Part shown: in pieces, positions 56,078 to 64,000 of the stretch
How positions within the stretch are numbered: the first letter of the stretch is position 1
Layout: each line of letters starts with the position of its first letter
NCBI GenBank assembly: GCA_951406725.2
Contig: OX597824.1
Coordinates: 22,754,001-22,818,000, forward strand
DNA: 64,000 bases
Reading direction: 5' to 3'
Origin: Octopus vulgaris
Lineage: Eukaryota
Translations under genes and position numbers: made by a program
Notes under the pieces: model-generated
Databases searched by the model: none
Seen by the model: only the letters and a program-made list of their open reading frames with translations
What the model was told of the DNA's origin: nothing

Positions 56078-56405
56078 TGCATGCATGCATTCATGTATAT
56101 ATGTATGTATGCATGCATGTATGTATGTATGTATGTATGTATGTATGTATGTATACATCCATGTATATATGTATATATGTATGTATGTATGTATGCATGC
56201 ATGCATGCATGCATGTATGTATGTATGTATGTATGTATGCATGCATCCATGTATATATGTATGTATATATGTATGTATGTATGTATGTACATACTGTGTG
56301 TATCTATATTTAAGGTAATATATGCATTAACATGCATATACATACATGTGCACATATGTATCTACAGACATATACATATATACATGTGTATGTATGTATG
56401 TGCAT
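55690..56405. repeat. (TATG)n/(CATG)n compound microsatellite
   Basis: Direct read. Confidence 0.95.
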
Positions 56406-56901
56406 ATAGGAGTGGCTGTGTGGTAAGTAGCTTGCTTACCAATCACATGGTTCCGGGTTCAGTCCTAATGCGTAGCACCTTGGGCAAGTGTCTGCTACTA
56501 CAGCCTCGGGCCGACCAAAGACTTGTGATTGGATTTGGTAGATGGAAACTGAAAGAAGTCTGTTGTATGTGTTGTGTGTGTGTGTGTGTGTGCAGTTGCA
56601 TGCTACCAAGACCTAGCATCCCTCAGTTGTAGCGTAGTGCTAATACTTGACAGACACAGTTCAGAGTTAATATTGCAAAGGTATAGTAAGGATCTAGTAT
56701 TTCACAAAATCAATGCAGCGCTAGTACTTGACATATGCAGTGCAGAGATAGTATTCTACAAGTGCAGCATAAAACTGGTACTTCACTGATGTATTATGCA
56801 GGGCACCAAAGTACTTCACTGTTGTAGCTCAGAGCTTGAACTTGACAGATGCAGTGCAGACCTAGTATTGCACAGGTACAATAAAGAACTAATATCTTAC
56901 A

Positions 56902-57677
56902 GAGCTGGCAGAATTGTTAGCACACCGGGCAAAAAGCTAGCGGTATTTCATCTGCCGCTACGTTCCGAGTTCAAATTCCGCCAAGGTCGACTTTGCCTTT
57001 CATCCTTTCGGGGTCGATTAAATAAGTACCAGTTACGCACTGGGGTCGATATAATCGACTTAATCCATTTGTCTGTCCTTGTTTGTCCCTTCTGTGTTTA
57101 GCCCCTTGTGGGTAGTAAAGAAATAGGTATTTCGTCTGCTGCTACATCCTGAGTTCAAATTCTGCCGAGGTCGACTTTGCCTTTCATCCTTTCGGAGTCG
57201 ATTAAATAAGTAGCAGTTACGCACTAGAATCGATGTAATCGACCTAATCCGTTTGTCTGTCCTTGTTTGTCCTCTCTGTGTTTAGCCCCTTGTGGGTAGT
57301 AAAGAAATAGGTATTTTGTCTACCGCTACGTCCTGAGTTCAAATTCCACCAAAGTTGACTTTGCCTTTCATCCTTTCGGAGTCGATTAAATAAGTACCAG
57401 TTACGCACTGGGGTCGATATAATCGACTTAATCCATTTGTCTGTCCTTGTTAGTCCCTTCTGTGTTTAGCCCCTTGTGTGCAGTAAAGAAATAGGTATTT
57501 TGTCTGCCGCTACGTCCTGAGTTCAAATTCTGTCGAAGTCGACTTTGCCTTTCATCCTTTCGAGGTCGATTAAATAAATACCAGTCACGCACTGGAGTCG
57601 ATGTAATCGACTTAATCCGTTTGTCTGTCCTTATTTGTCCCCTCTATGTTTAGCCCCTTGTGGGTAATAAAGGAATA
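56902..57677 (+). mobile_element. SINE family B tetramer
   Basis: Units start 56942, 57126, 57310, 57494 (184-bp period). Confidence 0.92.
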
Positions 57678-57754
57678 TAATTTGACAGATGCAGTGAAGA
57701 GCTAGAATTCTATCAATGCATTATGGAACTTGTACTTCATATGAGACATGTTGT

Positions 57755-57822
57755 TTTTTTTAATTTTTATTTTATCTAGTTTCAGCTCACGAGCTGTGGC
57801 CATGCTGGGGCACCGCCATTTG
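57755..57822 (-). mobile_element. Extreme 3' end of the CR1-group LINE
   Basis: Reverse complement of caaatggcggtgccccagcatggccacagctcgtgagctgaaact, matching 7036-7080. Confidence 0.85.
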
Positions 57823-58161
57823 TTCAGATTTAATACTCTTCAGCTGCATCACATACACTGTTCAGCCATTATTAAGAATAAAGGCTACGGCACAAAGTAC
57901 TAATATGTATTTCGTTCTTGTTGCTCATTTTTGCTACATTCTTAAGCTTTAAATAAAATTATAATGATACGGACTTAAACTAATTTTGCTGGTAAATTTG
58001 AAACGTTTATATTAATTTAGCATTAGAATTCTTCAAGTTGTATAAAAGCAGTTATCGTCTGCATCATTCGAAAGAGAAATAAATTCTGCATAAGGTGTAA
58101 AAGATAAAGATAATTTGTATGGTGTCAGTAACAAAATATTTTGTAAGAAATAAAACTTTTA

Positions 58162-58617
58162 TTATCATCATCATCGTTTAACATCCGCTTTCCATGCTAG
58201 CATGGGTTGGATGAATGACTGAGGGCTGGCGAACCAGATGGCTGCACCAGGTTTCAATCTTGATCTGGCAGAGTTTTTACAGTTGGATGCCCTTCCTAAC
58301 GCCAACCACTCAGAGAGTGTAATAGGTGCTTTTACATGCCAGTCAGGCGGTACTGGCAGCGACCTCGCTTGAATCTTTTTACACATGCCACCGGCACAGG
58401 TGCCAGTAAGGCGACTTTGGTAACGATCACGCTTGAAAGATGTCTTTTACATGCCACAGGCACGGAGGCCAGATAGCCACTTTGGCAACGATCACGCTCG
58501 AATGGTGCTCTTAATACCCAACTAGCACGGGGCTTGAGTACCAGTAAGGTGATGCTGGTAACGATCACGCTCGAATGGTGCCTTTTAAGTGCCACTGGCA
58601 CGGAAGCTGGTTAGCCG
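58162..58617 (-). mobile_element. RTE 3' UTR copy (second subfamily)
   Basis: Colinear with 28663-29115. Confidence 0.85.
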
Positions 58618-59140
58618 AAATTTATTTTCGCCAGTGTAGCTAGTACTTGGCAAATTGCAGTACGCAGCAGGCATTGCACAAGTGCAACAGGAGATAGCTA
58701 GTATTTTACAGATACAGTGCAGAGCTAGTCTGTCTTAAATGCAGGACAGAGTTAGCCTTTTTAGATGCAGCACAGAGCTGGTATTACCTACAGCTATGAG
58801 GCATAGCCAAGCTGATGCTGTACATGCACAGTACAAAGTTAACATCTCACAGTTGCCACACAGGATAAAACTCGCAACAAGTATCTAACCTGTTCATGTC
58901 AAATGACCTGCTGAATAGGATACCTGCATGTTGAATCTTATTTGTGAACAAATATTACAATAAATAAATACAATGAATGTAATCTTTTTAATCTTTAAAT
59001 CAATCAGAGATCGTGACAATACGAAGAGTTGAAACACTTTAGATTGTTGATTAGTTAGAGCTAAGCCTAAGGTGTATTGTTGCGCAAAGATTTGTTTCAT
59101 AAATACGTGAGCAACCATTGGTTTGTTGTTGAGCCAATGG

Positions 59141-59173
<33 letters not shown>

Positions 59174-59407
59174 CTGGAGCTTCTTGAAGGGCAACCTTGA
59201 TCTGCTAGAAATATTACCCACATTGTCCCTTGCAATTTAAAAAAAGAGGAAGGACATATTAAATGATGTAGTTCTAGAGTTGGTGCTTTGAGTGGGGGTG
59301 GGGTGGAAACAAAATATAGAATAAACAAAGTAACAAAAAGGCATGTGATATTTGCAGTTGGAATGCCTGAGGCCTGCTCTTAGATCAGGACTAACCGGAA
59401 GCTAAAT

Positions 59408-59423
59408 GACAACAACAACAACA

Positions 59424-59515
<92 letters not shown>

Positions 59516-59733
59516 TACTAATACCACTACTACTACCACCACTACTACTACTACTGCTGCTACCTACACCATCACCACCACCACCACTATTATTCTTACC
59601 CCTACCATCACCACCACCACCACCACCACCACCACTACTACTATTACCACTACCATCACCACCATCACCACCACCACCACCACCACCATCCACCATCCAC
59701 TACCAACACCATCATCACCCACCACCACCACCA

Positions 59734-59768
<35 letters not shown>

Positions 59769-59859
59769 ATAATAATAATAATAATAATAATAATCCTTTT
59801 GACTACAAGCTTAAGCCATGCAAATGATTTTGCCAGCTGGCTGCATTAATAACAATAAC

Positions 59860-59895
<36 letters not shown>

Positions 59896-59940
59896 GCCGA
59901 CGACGACGACGATGATGATGATGATAATAATAATAATAAC
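59408..59940. repeat. (ACT)/(ACC)/(AAT)/(GAT) trinucleotide mosaic
   Basis: Direct read. Confidence 0.92.
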
Positions 59941-60153
59941 CTTTTCTACTGAAGGCACAAGGCCTGAAACTTTGAGGTAGGGGGATAGTCGATTACATCG
60001 ACCCCACTGTATCTCTGGTACTTAATTTATCGACTGCAAAAAGATGAAAGGAAAAGTTGACATCAGCAGAATTTGAACTCAGAACCTAGCGACAGGTGAA
60101 ATACCACTAAGCATTTCATCCAGCATGCTAACAATTCTGCCAGCTTGCCACCT
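59941..60153 (-). mobile_element. SINE family B head with alternative tail
   Basis: Same head and core; tail aggccttgtgcct..agtagaaa as at 35548, 41060, 44655. Confidence 0.8.
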
Positions 60154-60360
60154 TAATTAATTAATTAATAAATAATAATAATGATGATGATGATGATGAT
60201 GATAAATTCTTTTATTAGCCACAAGGGCTCAGATACATTAAATGACGTGACACAGACGTAAAAAAACAACACAAAATGAGACAAAGGGTTTTACAGCATG
60301 TAAACAATATATAACAATAAAAAAACTAAACAAATTAAAACTCCCAATAGGGGAGGCACT

Positions 60361-60590
60361 TTAACCCTTTAGTGTTCGCATTATTCTGCCAAAGTTAATC
60401 CTTTTTTATCCACATTGTTTTGAACTAATCATTCATTAATCTTGTAGCTATGAAATTTTGATGAGGTAGCTGTTAATTTTTAAAACGATATTGTAGGGTT
60501 GGTGTGAGAGACCAGATCTGGCCAGTTTGGACATAAAACAGGCAGAATACTTTTGGCCAGATTTGGCCGGTTTAAATGCTAAAGGGTTAA
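60361..60590. mobile_element. piggyBac-type MITE
   Basis: TTAA-ccctttag ... ctaaaggg-TTAA; inverted relative to 13820-14046. Confidence 0.88.
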
Positions 60591-60947
60591 AGTCCTCTTG
60601 GAAAAAACCCACAAAAGCCACAGGTGCCTGATCAACAGGGCAAGAGCCCTTCTTTTATTTATCACAGGTGTATGCTCAGAATTGGTCCTTTCACACTGGC
60701 CATTCTTCCAACACTCACTCACCTTTCAACCCACCTTACACCAGACTTGTGTTACTGTTTTGGCAGGATTTTTATAGCTGGATGCCCTTCTTAACACCAA
60801 CCACTCAACAGTGTGATATATATGTGCGCGCGCACGCGTGTGTGCATGTGTGCATGTATATATTTATATATGTATAGAACCATATGTATACGCACGTACA
60901 CACTTACACATAACCTTATATGTGTATGTATGTGTATATATATATAT

Positions 60948-61160
60948 AAAGTTAATCCAAACATGAAAACACAAAGAGAAAACACAACAACGCAAGGACA
61001 TGTAACAAATATAGTATTATTGGACGCTCAGGAAGGAAGGGAAGAAGGAGGGTTTTACGTTTCAAGCTGAGCTCTTTGTCAGAAAAACATAGGAAATGGA
61101 AAGATCCAGAGAAGGGAAGACGGAGGAAAAAAAATCGCCAACGGTACACACGCGGTCACA
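60948..61160 (-). mobile_element. Hammerhead-carrying ~200-bp element (decayed core CTGACAA at ~61053-61088)
   Basis: Colinear with 51348-51546 and 21260-21450. Confidence 0.75.
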
Positions 61161-61494
61161 TATACATATATATATATAAGACACCCACTGTTTTGTCCTG
61201 TTATTACTATTCTTGTTTTTTATTTCTATTTTTTGTTTCTTGTATTTATATTGTGTGGTATCCTGTCCTTGTTTCGTATACATTCGATCCTCTTTCCAAG
61301 AAATCTAATGCCCATAGCTTAGTTTTTCTTTGGGGCTGGCCGTATCGGAGCGATATCGAGGATTAATCAGCCGAAATTGCTAAGATGATCCGGTTCCCGA
61401 CTGAAGATTAGAGGCTTCTTTTGTGCTGTCTCTTTGTGTGTTATTGCGTTCTTGTCCCATTTTGTAATTTATATTTAATTTCTATACACACACA

Positions 61495-61555
<61 letters not shown>

Positions 61556-61982
61556 AACCGTCCTAGCCATGCATGCATGGAAGATGGATTAATGCCCATG
61601 ATGATGCTGGGGGCTGAGGGGGAAGCTGATTATGCATTCAGAGGGTAGGAGGCTATGATTTCTGTGATTGTTTGTAAGTTCTTAAGTTAGTGATCAAGTT
61701 TCTTTCCAGTTGGATAAATATGTTACACTCTACTCTCTTATAAAATAATACTATAAATTAATAAAAGCAAAAAAACAAAAACAAACAAGCAAACAAACAC
61801 CGTATCTGCCATCCCTGAGGAGTTTGTGTATTAGATAACCATCTGATTATCTAAAATACTGTGCAAAAGTAATTGGTAAGATTGGAGGAAATGAGTCTAT
61901 AATACAGTATACTTTGCTTAATGCACATGCACACACAGACACACAAACATGCACACACACACCACTCACATAAAAGGCATCT

Positions 61983-62297
61983 ATGCTGGTGGCATGTAAA
62001 AAGCACCTTTTGAGCGTTGGGTCTCATGGGGGCATTACAAATGACAAGACTTTAGGCAATATGCCGTGCTTGAGAACAAGACCTATCAAGCTGAGTGAAA
62101 CAGTAGTCGTGGCAGATACTGGTGTCATGCAACTGGCATGGAGTGATTGGCATTAGAAATGGTATCCAGCCATAGAAACCATGTCAAATCAAAGTGGAGT
62201 CTGGTGCAGCCCTGAGCTAACCAGCCTTTGTCAAACTGTCCAACCCATGCCAGCATAGACAACAGACATTAAATGATGGTGATAATGATGATGATGA
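61983..62297 (+). mobile_element. Old RTE 3' UTR copy
   Basis: Diverged modules and terminal block. Confidence 0.7.
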
Positions 62298-62309
62298 TAT
62301 ATATACTTT

Positions 62310-62514
62310 ACAGATATAGGGTAAAGAATTATTAAGTTAATAATTAACAAATTTTACAAAGTAGCTTCGGTATGGAAAAAACCCTTATCGGTAAAAACTT
62401 ATACAAAACGTTTTTTTATAATTATAAATATAATTAAGGGTTTAGCAAAAAGTTGCTTCACCACATACTGAAAATTTTCGGTATGTGTTGAAGCAACTTT
62501 TTGCAAAACCCTTA

Positions 62515-62520
<6 letters not shown>
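62310..62520 (-). mobile_element. Hairpin-headed element (palindrome 62433-62516)
   Basis: Palindrome centred on gaaaattttc; minus strand ends tttaccctata. Confidence 0.8.
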
Positions 62521-62565
<45 letters not shown>

Positions 62566-63266
62566 AAACAATAAATTAAATAGAGAGATACAACTGACAA
62601 TCCAATAATCAATTCATATTATACTATGAATATAATTATAAGATAACAATTTGTAACAATTACATAACAACAATTTGTTTTAACTTCGTATACATTTTTT
62701 GATATGTAAACAATTCAATTCCCTTATATAAGCCTCATCAGTGTCAATGGTTTGATGAAATTCCGTGTGAAAGAACAGCTGGTTTGTGGAAAAAATTAAT
62801 TCAAATGCCTATGTATGATGAGTATTTGGGCATTAGCCATTCATCTACATATCAATTACAATTAAAAACAAGAAAATTATAATGAACAAAATAATTAAGT
62901 AGAATCTACAACTGTAAAAATATTTTTTCGTATATCTCAAATAAGATTAAACTGAACTCATTTGTGTTGAAGACAATCTTTTGCTATTATAACCTACAAC
63001 AATAATATATAATTAAGTATCAGGGTCTTAATCTAGAAACTGTAATAACATGTGTAAAGAAATATAAATGATAATCATATTTTTAATATATAATAACTCT
63101 TCTATTTATTTAAAGTTATTGTTTATTAATTTATTGTTTGTAATTTGAATTGTACCAAGATTTATGTAGTTTCCAACTGACTTGCCAGTGAATTGGAGAT
63201 TTTAAACATCCCATTGAAGGAATTTTTTTCCTTAGTTCGTTACTATATGTGTGTGTGAGTGTGTGA

Positions 63267-63414
<148 letters not shown>

Positions 63415-63416
63415 AT

Positions 63417-63574
63417 TACTACACTCGCGGAGTGGTTGGCGTTAGGAAGGGCATCTGCCGGATCAGACTGGAGCCTGGTGCAGCCCCTGGCTTCCCAGAC
63501 CCCGGTCGAACTGTCCAACCCGTGCTAGCGCGGAAAACGGATGTTAAACGATGATGATGATGATGATGATGATG
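63417..63574 (+). mobile_element. RTE 3' end
   Basis: Terminal block plus (GAT)n. Confidence 0.85.
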
Positions 63575-63580
63575 TATATG

Positions 63581-63612
<32 letters not shown>

Positions 63613-63861
63613 AATATATATATATGTATGTATATGTATATATATATGTATATGTGTATATATGTATATGTATATATATATATATTATATATACATATAT
63701 ATATATATATGTTTATATATACATAAACATATATTTATATATATATATATATATAATTCATAGTTTAAAAAAACAGAGAATGTACATAGAATAATCATTT
63801 TTTAATCATACTGCAGTTAATTAATAGGTCCTTGCATTTTTTCACCTACATTACATTTCAG

Positions 63862-63984
63862 CCAATTGTTATTGTCCATATTTGCACCTTTAAAGTGCTT
63901 TATGATGTTATAAAACAATGGCCTCTTCTGGGTGCTATTTTTTTCACTTCTCTTCTGGAATAGAGAATTTTTTCCAACTGAATG
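63862..63984 (+). CDS. Candidate host exon containing a start codon (ATG at 63918)
   Basis: Acceptor cattacatttcAG, aaaacaATGG context, MASSGCYFFHFSSGIENFFQLN, donor ATG|GTAAGC. Confidence 0.35.
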
Positions 63985-64000
63985 GTAAGCTTTTAGTTCT

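Larger units (their letters stand above)
56590..58860 (+). repeat. Degenerate 27-bp minisatellite (ctagtacttgacagatgcagtgcagag) in three interrupted blocks
   Basis: Units at 56590-56902, 57678-57745, 58630-58860. Confidence 0.7.

Noticed and set aside
62720-62750. Minus-strand CTGATGAGGC as a hammerhead
   Set aside because: No matching stem II partner or GAAA found

Overview
Eukaryotic, AT-rich, microsatellite-saturated non-coding DNA. The SINE/LINE families and repeat density fit an octopus (coleoid cephalopod) genome; that species call is an inference. Almost all ORFs in the track are translations of (TA)n, (TATG)n, (GATA)n, (TAA)n or (ACC)n and are artefacts. Real coding remnants are all transposon-derived: a young 5'-truncated CR1-group LINE RT (5141-7014), a Dong/R4 endonuclease end inside (TAA)n, RTE fragments, a decayed Penelope-like element, several mariner/maT pieces and a Chapaev3-like transposase. 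Three tRNA-type SINE groups and several MITEs are abundant. Host-gene signals are limited to two candidate exons (about 7800-7989 and 63862-63984) and an RFX X-box next to a possible non-coding exon (about 44 kb). Most interesting: about ten minimal hammerhead-ribozyme motifs in small (TA)n-embedded Penelope-type elements; hairpin-headed elements sharing a TTTACCCTATA end; a ~48-copy 19-bp satellite made from a mariner terminal repeat; SINE dimer/trimer/tetramer insertions with one fixed junction; a modular pseudoknot/hairpin array in an RTE 3' UTR; LINE-SINE shared tails; and an exon-like segment with splice sites and an open frame on both strands. All calls were made by eye, without database searches or folding software.
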